A stretch of 64,000 nucleotides of DNA from Mobula hypostoma (taxonomy: Eukaryota): contig NC_086097.1 in assembly GCF_963921235.1 (NCBI RefSeq), positions 202,370,001 through 202,434,000 of the forward strand, written 5' to 3'. The notes under the pieces are model-generated. The model searched no databases. It was not told the origin of the DNA and saw only the letters and a list, made by a program, of their open reading frames with translations. Each line of letters opens with the position of its first letter. The first letter of the stretch is position 1. Shown piece by piece: positions 1 to 11,275 of this stretch. Position numbers and translations under genes: made by a program.

Positions 1-868
1 CGGATTGGCGATAACATCTCCACCTTGGTGGTGATCAGCACTGGCTCACCCAGGGATGTGTGTTTAGCCCACTGCTCTACTCTCTCTATACTCCTGTACC
101 TGTGGCTAGGTACAGTTTGTTGGTGATATATCCATGTGGTAGAATCTCAGATGGTGATGAGAGCGCATAGAAGAGCGAGATATACCAGCTAGTTGAGTGG
201 TGTCACAGCAGCAACCTTACACTTAATGTCAGTAAGACCAAAGAATTGATTGTAAGATGAGGGGACACACACCAGGACTCAGAGGGATCAGAAATGGAGC
301 GAGTGAGCAATTTGAAGTTCCTGGTGTCAGTATCTCTGAGGACCTAACTAGCTCCCAACATATCGATGCAGCTTTAAAGAAGGCAAGACAGCGGCTATAT
401 TTCATTTGAAATTTCAGGAGATTTGGCATGTCACCAATAAAACTTGCAAATTTATACAGATGTGCCTTGAAGAGCATTCTGAGTGACTGCATCACCATCT
501 GAGGCTGTCGCACAGGATCAAAGTAAGCTGCAGAGAATCGTAAAATTAGTACTAGCCTCCACAGTATCCAAGAACATCTTCAAGGAGCGGTGCCTCAGAA
601 AGGTAGTGTCCATCTTTAAGGACCACCACCATCCAGGACATGCCCTCTTCTCATTGTTACCATCAGGAAGGAGGTACAAAAGCCTGAAGGCACACACTCA
701 TTGATTTAGAAACAGCTTGTTCCCCTCTGCCATCTGATTTCTGAACAAACATTACACCCATGAACACTACCTCACTGCTTTTGATTTTTATTTTTGCACT
801 AATTTAATTTAACTATTTAATATACATATATATGTATATTAAATAGTTAAATTAAATTATATATATTA

Positions 869-930
<62 letters not shown>

Positions 931-1049
931 ATTACTGAAATTCACAGTTTTATTTTCTATATTATCATGTATTGCATTATACTTCTGCCACAAAATTAAC
1001 AAATTTCACGACAGAAGCCGGTGATATTAAACTTGACTCTGATTCTGAT
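1..1049 (+). mobile_element. Rex1/Babar-like LINE, decayed RT 3' part, 3' UTR and GATTCT tail
   Basis: Frameshifted remnants of G.PQGCV.SPLLYSLYT and KARQRLYF, plus HPGHALFSLLPSGRRYKS; ends gactctgattctga. Confidence 0.8.
800..930. repeat. 60-bp perfect AT-rich palindrome (800-859) followed by (TG)n(TA)n(CA)n microsatellite
   Basis: taatttaatttaactatttaatatacatat | atatgtatattaaatagttaaattaaatta are exact reverse complements. Confidence 0.95.
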
Positions 1050-2045
1050 ATTACATCAGCACTGTATCATCCAGCTACAAATGGCTTGGCAGAAAAGTTT
1101 GACCAGAGTCTAAAAGACACACTGCGAGCATTGTCAGCATAAGACACTACACTGACACTGAACCAGAGGCTCGCCATTTTCTTCCTTACACATTGCAACG
1201 CAGCACACTCCACAACCAACAACTATGCTGTTCCTGGGTTGTCGCTTGCATTCATGTTTGGATCTCTTCAAACCCAGTTTCAGAAGAATCATGCAGAGAG
1301 AAACAGCTGAGACAAATTGAAGGCTCTTCAAATAAGATGTTTCGGTGTTTCACTTCTGGACAAGTTTCCTGGCAAGGGACTGCAGAAATAATCAAATGTG
1401 GATACTCGGAAAGATCAATAACAGAACTGGACCACTCTCCTTGACAGCGCAGATTGCGTCTAATATCTGGAGGCGACACATCGATCAGTTGAGGAAAGCA
1501 AAGTCAATCATTAAGAGTTTTTAAGTTGGCTGCTGCTATCAGAACCACTTCCTGCAATCTCAGAGTCAACAATTACAACAGGGGAGGCCCCAAAACCTGA
1601 GATTGTTTCACAGCCGCAAGTCTCACCTGCAAAGCAGAGTGACACCCCTTGCCAGGAAAGATGTTATCCGGCAAGAGGAAGAAATCCTCCATAGTGATTA
1701 AATCTTTCGGCCTGAATGGAACAATTTAAAATTTACCGTGCTGTGGATGTATTATATAATATACTGTGTACATAATTGAGATACATTCTCTATTGAGTTG
1801 GAGTTTATTGCTAAGCCAGAAAGAGTGTTGTGTATTTAATATTTCAGTAATATTTGAATAATCTTGTATATATATTTGATTAAGCATTCTTGTTCATTAC
1901 AGGTTATATGTATAAATACGTGAATTGCATATGTCATCACGCTACCACATGATACTTAAAGTAAAATGCAAAGTTAGACTCACATTTCATATGCTCCTGT
2001 CTTCCTTTGAATTAGTGTTATGCTTTGAAGTTACAAAACGTAACA
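1050..2045 (+). mobile_element. Ty3/Gypsy LTR retrotransposon remnant: integrase C-terminal half, degenerate PPT and 3' LTR (1826-2045)
   Basis: From 1050 it translates ITSALYHPATNGLAEKFDQSLK (integrase YHP.TNGLAE motif) with stops; purine-rich aagccagaaagag precedes TGTTG...TAACA. Confidence 0.8.
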
Positions 2046-2084
2046 GAGTTCTTGAAGGTGAGCCCATAGATTGTGGAATCAGTT

Positions 2085-2542
2085 CAGTATTGCTGGTTAA
2101 GGAGCTTTTTGGTTAAAGGGTAATAACTGTTTGTGAACCTGGTGTTTTGGAACTTAAGGCTCCTGTACCTCCTTCCCAATGGTAGTAGTGAAAAGAGAGC
2201 ATGGCCTGGATGGTAGGGATCCTTAATGATGGATGCTGCTTTCTTGTAGTAGCGCTCCTTGTAGATGTACTCAGTGGTGGGGAGGACTTGACCCATTATG
2301 GACTGAGCTGTATCCACTACTTTTTGTAGGCTTTTCCATTCTTGAACATTGGTGTTTCCACACCAGGCCATGATGCAATCTGTCAGGATACTCTGCACTA
2401 TGCATCTGTAGAAGTTCATCAAATTTTTAGATGACATGCCAAATCTGTGCAAACTTCTGAAAAAGCAGAGGAGCTGCTGTGCTATCATTGTAATGGAACT
2501 TGTGTGTTGGTCACAGGATAGATCCTCTGGAATAATAACACC
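2085..2542 (-). mobile_element. Rex1/Babar-like LINE fragment
   Basis: ORF 2084..2488 (NFYRCIVQSILTDCIMAW...HPGHALFSLLPLGRRYRS). Confidence 0.8.
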
Positions 2543-2914
2543 AATTCAACACGCTCCCTTACAGTATGTCAATGGCAGTCATGTTTCATGCATAAACAGT
2601 GCATTAGTTAAATGTTTGAGAGATTGTTTGCTCTTTGCTGTCCAGTGGCTGCTGGAAAGTATTATCAGGCTTGCCAGCAATACCCTTGCCCTGTGAAAAA
2701 GTGCTGTCTAAAAGAACAGGAATATACCATTTTATATAATAAGGTAATTGTATTCCAAATGTAGTTTAACCATGATTTGAAATAAGTTTCCTGCCAGATC
2801 ACAATCACACTCATCTAAATTGAAATTCATTTGCCAATCATACCCATTCTGAAAGTTTATTAATGGCTCAGAATTGCATTCAGCAGCCAAGCAAAAGCAT
2901 TTCATGTTTTTGAA

Positions 2915-3150
2915 CACAATAGATTCTGCAGATGCTGGAAATCTAGAGAAAAACACACAAAATGTTGGAAGAACTCAGCAGGTCAGGCAGCATCTTTGGA
3001 AATAAATAAACAGTTGACATTTTGAGCCAAGACCCTTCCTCAGGACTGGAAAGTAAGGGGAAAGATGGCAGAATAAGAAGGTGGGGGAGGAGAAGGAAGA
3101 CAAGCTAGAAGCTGATGGGTGAAGCCAGGTGGGTGTGGGAGGGGAGGATG
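2915..3150 (-). mobile_element. Penelope-like terminal repeat, older subfamily, with decayed hammerhead
   Basis: The reverse complement reads cagtcCTGAGGAagggtcttggctcAAAATGTCaactg followed by the agatgctg...cagcatct terminal hairpin shared with 10001-10615. Confidence 0.7.
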
Positions 3151-3941
3151 AACTAAGTAAGAATTTCATGTTTTCCAGAGTTAGTTGGTGTCTGCAATCA
3201 GTTGTACAGTTACTCTGGCGCCCTACAACTGTGATGGCTTCAGTCTGACTGAACAGCCAAACATATCAAGATATTCTCAGAAGCTGCATTTCTAGGAAGC
3301 AAAAATACTCTGTGTTTCATTAACATTTAACAGAGAGTGAAATAAAGATTGTAATATATTTACATAATTAGGGCTGAAGGGGTAATATATGTAAACACAA
3401 TTTTAAGATGTTATTTATTTTAAAATCTCTTGTGGGGCTTGTAATACATTAGTGGTGCTTGGATTGAAATTACACGTTTCATTTCCAATTTCATTTTGTT
3501 TGTCCTGAGTGGAAAGGCTTTTAATGTAATGCTCATGCTGAAATGTGGAACGGCATCATGCTGAGTAAGTTTTTTTCATTTGATCTGATGCATTCTTCTG
3601 GACATATCTGTATATCCATAAATATCATTCATGTTAGAAAGCAGAGATTGATGCAAATTGTAACTTGACTGATGGAATGGCAGAGTAGACTTGATGGATT
3701 GAGTGGCCTAATTCTGTTCCTATGTCTTATGGTTTTGACTGGTGTTAATAATGTTAATAATAAACAGAAGATTTCTGCTGTAACATGCAGCTGAGCAGTA
3801 TGGTTTCTTTGGATTAAAATGTCTATCCATAAATGAACTTTAACTTTTTTATGTTTTCTCTGTCAACCCTGTGATGATTGTTATGTAAAGGCCCTTTTTC
3901 CTGTCATGTCATCAGGTCTCACAGTTTCCCTTCCATTTACA

Positions 3942-4876
3942 TGTAACCCTCTTACCGAGGCTCGTAACAAACTTGGTCTGTTAGCTCGATCTGGCTAACA
4001 GCCATGTGATTCAGTATTGCTTGGGTAACGATGTGAAGGCTACCTTCAATAAGCAACACGTGTCTAGGGTTGGTATGATTCGGGTTAAACCAAATAAAAA
4101 AGTTTGAATGTTCCGTTGAGGGAACAAAAATTGCGGTGAGTGTTGTAACAATACTGCCCCATGCAAAGTTATCGCTTGCCAGGAAATAACAGACCTCACC
4201 TTAGCATTAAATTAAAGTGGAAGTTTAGTTACAGATATTTCAACTTTAGCAACATTTAATAGAAAAAGAAAAGGGCCCATTATAGTTAAATCGGTCTAAA
4301 TGTGTACGTAAACGTTGGAGCTCATTTCTGGGTTGTCAGGTGCTTCGCTTTGATTACTTACACGCTGAACCCACATTCTGCGTGAAAGACATCAGCCACA
4401 GTTCAAACTTCCCTCAAAGACTGTAATGAATGAACTGGCTAACTCAGGAGTATTGGCACTCCCTTCTTGGAACCATTCATCTGAACAAACCACTTCTTAC
4501 AATGGGGTCTCTCCTTCAGGCGGGATTCTGTGACCATCTTCCCTTCTGCTCTTCTCCAAACATCCTTCATTTTCCAACCCCTGCTAACAAAAGACCCAAA
4601 GCTAACTGATTGTCCCTCAGAATTCTAATCCCACCCAGCTCTCTCGAATGTTCCGTGGCATCCCACTGTACAGAATTTTACAGAACGCTACCAAGCCAAA
4701 CCCAGTTGGCTGACACAACAATCCTAAGCTGAGCAAATCTTGGCAGAAACCACAATACAAGTCTGTGAAGCTTAATTAACAGAACACACTGCATTTTGTA
4801 GGAAAGCTGCTGAAATAAAATATCTGACAGCAGAGGAGGAGGAATACAATAAAATGTTCTTAACCAGGGCATTACA
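3942..4876. mobile_element. Solo LTR (935 bp)
   Basis: Termini TGTAAccc...gggcaTTACA; 4-bp direct repeat TACA at 3938-3941 and 4877-4880; no meaningful ORF. Confidence 0.75.
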
Positions 4877-4924
4877 TACAGTATGAAGACTATTCTGTCA
4901 GACAGAAATTTCCCATCATCATTG

Positions 4925-6308
4925 ACTTAGCTTGACATCAGTGGTTGGGAAGTTTTGGAGTCAATTGTCGAGGATGAGGTTATAGAGTACCTGAAGGCAC
5001 ATGAGAAGATAGGCAGAACTCAGCATGGTTTCCTTAAAGGAAAATCCTGCCTGACAAACCTATTACAATTTTTTGAGGAAATTACAAGTAGTGTAGACAA
5101 GGGAGATGCAGTGGATGTTGTATACTTGGATTTTCAGAAGGCCTTTGACAAGGTGCCACACATGAGGCTACTTAACAAGATAAGAGCCCATGGAATTATG
5201 GGAAAGTTACATACGTGGATAGAGCGTTGACTGATTGGCAGGAAACAGAGAGTGGGAATAAAGGGATCCTATTCTGGTTGGCTGCCGGTTATCAGTGGTG
5301 TTCCACAGGGGTCCATGTTGAGGCCGCTTCTTTTTACGTTGTACATCAACGATTTGGATTATGGAATAGATGGCTTTGTGGCTAATTTTGCTGATGATAC
5401 AAAGATAGGTGGAGGGGCCGGTAGGGCTGAGGAAACAGAGTCTGCAGAGAGACTTGGATAGATTGGAAGAATGGGCAAAGAAGTGGCAAATGAAATACAA
5501 TGTTGGAAAGTGTATGGTTATGCACTTTGGCAGAAGAAATAAACGGGCAGACTATTATTTAAATAGGGAGAGAATTCAAAGTTCTGAGATGCAACGGGAC
5601 TTGGGAGTCCTTGTGCAGGATACCCTTGAGGTTAACCTCCAGGTTGAGTCAGTGGTGAAGAAGGCGAATGCAATGTTGGCATTCATTTCAGGAGGAATAG
5701 AGTATAGGAGCAGGGATGTGATGTTGAGACTCTATAAGGCACTGGTGAGACCTCACTTGGAGTACTGTGGGCAGTTTTGATCTCCTTATTTAAGAAAGGA
5801 TGTGCAAACGTTGGAGAGGGTACAGAGAAGATTCACTAGAATGATTCCGAGAATGAGAGGGTTAACACATGAGGAACATTTGACCGCTCTTGGACTGTAT
5901 TCCTTGGAGTTTAGAAGAATGAGGGGAGACATCATAGAAATATTTCGAATGTTGAAAGGCATGGACAGAGTGGATGTGGCAAGGTTGTTTCCCATGATGG
6001 GGGAGTCTAGTACGAGAGGACATGACTTAAGGATTGAAGGGCATCCATTCAGAACAGAGATGCGAAGAAATTTTTTTAGCCAGAGGGTGGTGAATCTATG
6101 GAATTTGTTGCCACGGGCGGCAGTGGAGACCAAGTCATTGGGTGTATTTAAGGCAGAAATTGATAGGTATCTGAGTAACCAGGGCATCAAAGGTTATGGT
6201 GAGAAGGCAGGGGAGTGGGACTAAATGGGAGAATGGATCAGCTCATGTTAAAATGGCGGAGCAGACTCGATGGGCCGAATGGTCGACTTCTGCTCCTTTG
6301 TCTTATGG
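4925..6308 (+). mobile_element. CR1 LINE, 5'-truncated (RT and 3' UTR)
   Basis: [39 protein letters not shown] and [13 protein letters not shown], with stops and frameshifts. Confidence 0.92.
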
Positions 6309-6408
6309 ACTTTCAATATGAATAGACATCTTTGAGCACAACTTCCTATGTGCAATTCTATGAGAAGTGTTTAGATTGCTTTTGTTAAATGCAGAGAATG
6401 AAAAGTGT

Positions 6409-6535
6409 TACTGAAGGGTCTCAGCCCGAACTGTCGACTGTACTGTTTTCCATAGATGTTGTCTGGCCTGCAGAGTTCCTCAACCATTTTGTGTGTGTTG
6501 CTTGGATTCCAACATCTGCAAATTTTCTTTTGCTT
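6409..6535 (+). mobile_element. Penelope-like terminal fragment
   Basis: gaagggtctcagcccgaactgtcgactg...tgtgtgttgcttggattccaacatctgca resembles the 3' end of 10117-10615. Confidence 0.65.
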
Positions 6536-8197
6536 GTGAATGAAAAGTATTGTTTGAAATCTTGGGACCTTGTCTTTATCTTTAAATTATTACATGCAGC
6601 TAATGAGTATTTCCCTGTGATTTCTTACAACTAGATGAGATATCTTTTGCCATTTCAAATCAGCAGATTGATTCATCTGCATTGCTTCTATTTTCACAGA
6701 CCCTAAAGATTGATCAGGTTATTTGTGTCCAAGGTCTTTAAGTGCAGCTTCCAGTCAATATTTAGAACATTTGTTCCCAGAAGAGGCTGCTTGCCTTAAG
6801 CTTATTTACCCAGTGCTGAGGTTTATACATCCAACCTGGTGCAGGTAGATACAAACTTTTCAAACTTCACAGAGTGACCCATTGTGGCTTGAAAGCAAAG
6901 CAGACCAAGGACAATTTAAACAGTCATTGATCTCTTGTGATCGATATCTATGCATTTTTCACTGATCTTGAGGCATCTCTCTTGGGATAATAAACCCAGC
7001 AATTATGTGAAGATAAGCTCTTTATATCTGTTCCTGGATCTTGTAGTGGAGTGCAGTGTGGTTGAGTGGTTGTAAATGAATGATTTTATCTGTTTCCACA
7101 GAAGTAGTCACTTTATTATTGCAAACTTTGTAATGGAAGGAAATTATTTAAAGGCACAATAATAATTAACAAACATGGTGGAATGATGTATGCTAAGTTG
7201 GCCAAAGAAAATAGATTTTTGGACTAATGTGACAGAAAATCACTGGGTCATTGGAAGATCATTTTAAACCATTATTAATGTCATTGAGTACACATTTCAA
7301 GCTTAAGAATTAGTATCTGGATAAATCTCAGTTGGAAATTGTAGGGTAAATTTGTGCTACAGTGCAGTGTGATCTTGAAATGGCCACTTTTGAATTCTGC
7401 TTTGGGTTCCAACTTATTTTCAGCTGTGTCACTGTGTTTCTTCTAATGCTTGATTGGGAGTTTAGGTCAAAAAGTTTCAGGTTTGCTTTGTTGCTGAAGA
7501 GTTTAAGATATCCTAAGAAGCAATTTAAACAAAGCAGATTAAGTACAAAATTGGAGTAAAAAAACAGGTGTTATATCTTAATGATGATTCTAAAACTTAG
7601 ATCTCCATCAACTTAATTGAATGTTGGTTCAAAAATAACACAAGGAAAATGCTGTGAACTCTTAATACTGTGTTCAGATAACATTTCAAAACAGATAATG
7701 CTAATAGAGAGTGCCCTGGAAATAGCAAGTGCTCTCAAATGTTAAAAGTTTGTCGTTATTCAGAAGTTTTCTGTTGATAGAAATTTGAAAAGTTTAAATA
7801 AGCAATCAGATTAATACAGATTTTGTAATAATACCAAATTTAGCAACAACATCTATAAAATTGTGAACTATAGGGAGGACAATATGGAGTGCTATTTTCT
7901 GAGCGGGTATATGAAGAGACAATAATTTCCTGAAGTCTGCTGTTCTGGTTCTCTTTAGCAGCCAGTTCATCATTTATGATAGGATAGGAAGGAGGAGAAA
8001 GGCAGAGATTCCCAATTAGTGGCAAGGGTGGGGTGATTGAGAAGAAATACAGTTTTGTGATTCAAATAGTATAAGGGAAAGGGTTGGGTGAGAAGATAAA
8101 AAGATTGTATGATCACCAAAGCATTGTGCAGAGACTTGCACAGTAGTGATGCTCATTTCAAGGCAGTAAATGGATGAAAAGTTAATAGACATGAGAT

Positions 8198-8325
8198 CCA
8201 TCCCCATCCCCATCCCCATCCCCATCCCCATCCCCATCCCCATCCCCATCCCCATCCCCATCCCCATCCCCATCCCCATCCCCATCCCCATCCCCATCCC
8301 CATCCCCATCCCCATCCCCATCCCC
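8198..8325. repeat. (CCCCAT)n microsatellite, about 21 perfect units
   Basis: Direct reading. Confidence 0.98.
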
Positions 8326-8609
8326 TTTCTGTTTTTCAGTTTCCCATTCTGGCTCCCTTCACATCACCTTCCTCTGGTGCACTTCCTCCTTCCCTTTATC
8401 AGATGGCCCACTCTCTTCTTAATTGGCCCTTTACCTTTTCCACTTATCACCTCCCAGCTTCTCATTTCATCTCCCTTCCCCCATCCACCTTCTCAGCTGG
8501 CAGGTAGAAGTTCCTGAATGGGAATTGACGGTGAATTGCAAAGCATTTGAAAATTTTAAAAAAACTGCAGATGCTTGAAATCTGAAAAGATCACAGAAAT
8601 ATTGGCAAT

Positions 8610-9430
8610 GTTATCTGTAACAACAGGAGATGTAAGAAGGACTCAGGAGAGAGTTAACCCTTACAAGGCTGCCGGGCCAGGCAACATCCCAGGCCGAGTA
8701 CCAGGGAGTGTGCACACCAGTTCACTGTTGTCTTCATGGACATCTTCAACAATTCACTCATCCAGGCTGCTTCCCTACATGGTTCAAATCTGCCACCAAC
8801 ATCCCTGTACCAAAGAATTCCCATCAAGGAGGATCCATGCTAGAGCCACCATAGAAACGTAGAAATCCTACAGCACAATACAGGCCCTTCGGCCCACAAT
8901 ACTGTGCCGAATATGTACTTTAGAAATTACCTAGGGTTACCCAAAGCCCTCTATTTTTCTAAGCTCCATGTACTTATCCAAGAGTCTCTAAAAAGACCCT
9001 ATTGTATCCGCCTCCACCACCATCACTGGCAGCCCATTCCACGCACTCACCACTCTCTGCATAAAAAAAATAAATTTACCCCTGACATCTCCTCTGTACC
9101 TACTTCCAAGCACCTTAAAACTGTGCCCTTTCAAACTAAAAAACAGTTACTTTCCTCAAGCAGAACGGCTGATCAACACCCCATCACACCTGCCACCACC
9201 ACTGCTTGATAATTTCCTGACAGAGAAACCTAATATGTGTCCTGTGTCCAGTGTCACTTTATGGACATGCAATCAATCTATGTATTTCAGTTATCTTATG
9301 TATTAATATTTATTGTGTTTTTACGTTAGTTGTTCTTTATTTTATTGGGGTTTCTTTGTGCTATATCGATCTGGAGTAACAATCGCTTTGTTCTCCTATA
9401 CACTCGTGTATTGAAATGACATTAAACAAT
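8610..9430 (+). mobile_element. Decayed Rex1/Babar-like LINE with an antisense CR1 3'-end fragment (about 8850-9130) inserted
   Basis: VNPYKAAGPGNIPGRV motif and Rex-type 3' UTR; the insert begins catagaaacgtagaaatcctacagcacaatacaggcccttcggccc, nearly the same as 23070-23330. Confidence 0.65.
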
Positions 9431-10063
9431 CAGCAGGACAAACAGCATTAGTGAAAAGGACAGAGTGTTAAAGACAGACTGCACTTCATCAATAGGTACC
9501 TATAGGTTTCAAAAGGTCAAGAAGTCTTTGACCCAAGGTGTTAACTATGATTTTGTTTGTCTTTCCACAAATATTGCTGACTTTTTCAGGTATTTTTTGT
9601 GTCTGTTTTTGATATCTAGAACCTATAGCTTTTAATATCAGTAAACAAGAGTCCAGCTAGAAGTACTCAGCATTGATTGGTAAAAAGAAAAGTAAGTAAA
9701 CGATCAAGATGGTTAGGTCTAAGATGATTATCTATTTTATTTTAATGAGAAAATTCAAGCAGATTGTGGAAAATCCTGTAAAATGGCTTGACTTAGTTGC
9801 GACATACTGGATAAAGTTGGCATAGATATCATTAATAAGCTTGCATGCAGGAGTAGTTATTAATGTGAGTGGTGAGATTGAAAGTAAATCCTGGAAATAG
9901 CCATAAACAGATGAAGAATAGAAAAGAGTTTGAGCTAAGGAAGTCCATATCAGATTTGGGATGACAGGATCTCAGTGAAAACTACAATTACTTAATGTGA
10001 GCAACACACATCAAAGTTGCTGGTGAACGCAGCAGGCCAGGCAGCATCTCTAGGAAGAGGTAC

Positions 10064-10099
10064 AGTTGACGTTTCAGGCCGAGACCCTTCGTCAGGACT
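10064..10099 (-). ncRNA. Minimal type I hammerhead ribozyme motif (antisense arm)
   Basis: Reverse complement agtc-CTGACGA-agggtctcggcct-GAAAC-GTC-aact; core intact, one stem I mismatch. Confidence 0.7.
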
Positions 10100-10484
10100 A
10101 ACTGAAAGAAGAGCTACACCTTATATTCCGTCTGGGTAGCCTCCAACCTGATGGCATGAACATTGACTTCTCAATCTTCTGCTAATGCCCCACCTCCCCT
10201 TCGTACCCCATCCGTTACTTATTTATATACACACATTCTTTTTCTTTTTCTCTCTCTCCTTTTTCTCCCTCTGTCCCTCTCACTATACTCCTTGCCCATC
10301 CTCTGGGTTCCCCCCCCCCTTCCTTTCTCCCTAGGCCTCCTGTCCCATGATCCTCTCATATCCCCTTTGCCAATCAGCTGTCCAACTCTTGGCTCCATCC
10401 CTCCACCTCGTGTCTTCTCCTATCATTTTGGATCTCCCCCTGCCCCTCCCACTTTCAAATCTCTTACTAGCTCTTCTTTCAGTT

Positions 10485-10520
10485 AGTCCTGACGAAGGCT
10501 CTCGGCCCGAAACTTCGACT
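10485..10520 (+). ncRNA. Minimal type I hammerhead ribozyme motif, stem III mutated (GAAAC UUC)
   Basis: agtc-CTGACGA-aggctctcggccc-GAAAC-TTC-gact; stem I agtc/gact. Confidence 0.7.
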
Positions 10521-11208
10521 GTACCTCTTCCTAGAGATGCTGCCTGGCCTGCTGCGTTCACCAGCAACTTTGATGTGTGTTGCTTGAATTTCCAGCATCT
10601 GTGGATTTCCTCGTGATTACTTAACGTGAACAAACTTTGAGACAATAGTGAAGGCTAATTTATTTAACAATAAGACTTGAGGGGACAAGATGTTTCTCTG
10701 GGATGGTAAACTAAGATAGGCCAAGTATGCTTGTTTGTCCTTAATTATCTTGTAATCTTTAAACTTACTTGGTCTCTGCATGAGATGGATGCAGTTACAC
10801 ACATTGATTTCTTTACTAAAGCTAATTCATCTCTTTCTACCTCTTCCTCATTTCAGAAAAGCATCTTGACACGATAGAAATCATGGCATAGATTTGTGAA
10901 AGAAATATTGTTTCTAGTCCATATTAGACCATAAGACAGGAACAGAATTAGGCTATTTGGCCCATCGAGTCTGCATGTTGTGCTAGTCAACTGTACCATC
11001 GTAATAACAGAATGTCAATTAGCCCGTGAGAATTAACATTTTTTGGATTTACTTGGAATTCAAAAATCAATAAGTATTTGGTTCCAGTGCTTTCCTTTGT
11101 CCTCGTCTTAGTAAGGCATAAATATGCTCCTGAAGAAAACTCTGCTACATATCTGGGACTGGAAAAAGATCACTGATTTTTCTTTTGTTTTCTTTTGTGT
11201 CTTTTAGA

Positions 11209-11275
11209 ATGATTGAAGAACGTGGAAGGGCAGAAAATACCATGGCTGAAAGAAGACAGTTGTTTGCAGAAATGA
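11209..11275 (+). CDS. DTNA: DTNA coding exon 1 ([22 protein letters not shown]); acceptor AG at 11206-11207, so the exon begins at 11208
   Basis: Polypyrimidine tract + tttag|a ATG; donor a|gtaag at 11276; phase 1. Confidence 0.95.

Larger units (their letters stand above)
10001..10615 (+). mobile_element. Penelope-like element: inverted partial terminal repeat (10001-10116) plus forward unit (10117-10615), 14-bp TSD
   Basis: The forward arm starts [19 protein letters not shown] (C-terminus of a GIY-YIG-type endonuclease). 10001-10116 is the reverse complement of about 10468-10583. TSD attacttaa(t/c)gtga at 9987-10000 and 10616-10629. Confidence 0.85.

Noticed and set aside
3540..3570. Donor-like ctga|gtaagt as the end of a DTNA 5' UTR exon
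   Set aside because: A lone donor motif with no supporting acceptor or promoter evidence; RNA data would be needed.
8016..8517. ORFs with poly-MG and poly-IP runs
   Set aside because: They are translations of the (CCCCAT)n microsatellite, not genes.
10163..10645. Recurrent ORFs containing [24 protein letters not shown] (also at 25289-26384)
   Set aside because: They are chance translations of the non-coding Penelope terminal repeat; the PDEGSRPET segment is the hammerhead core itself.
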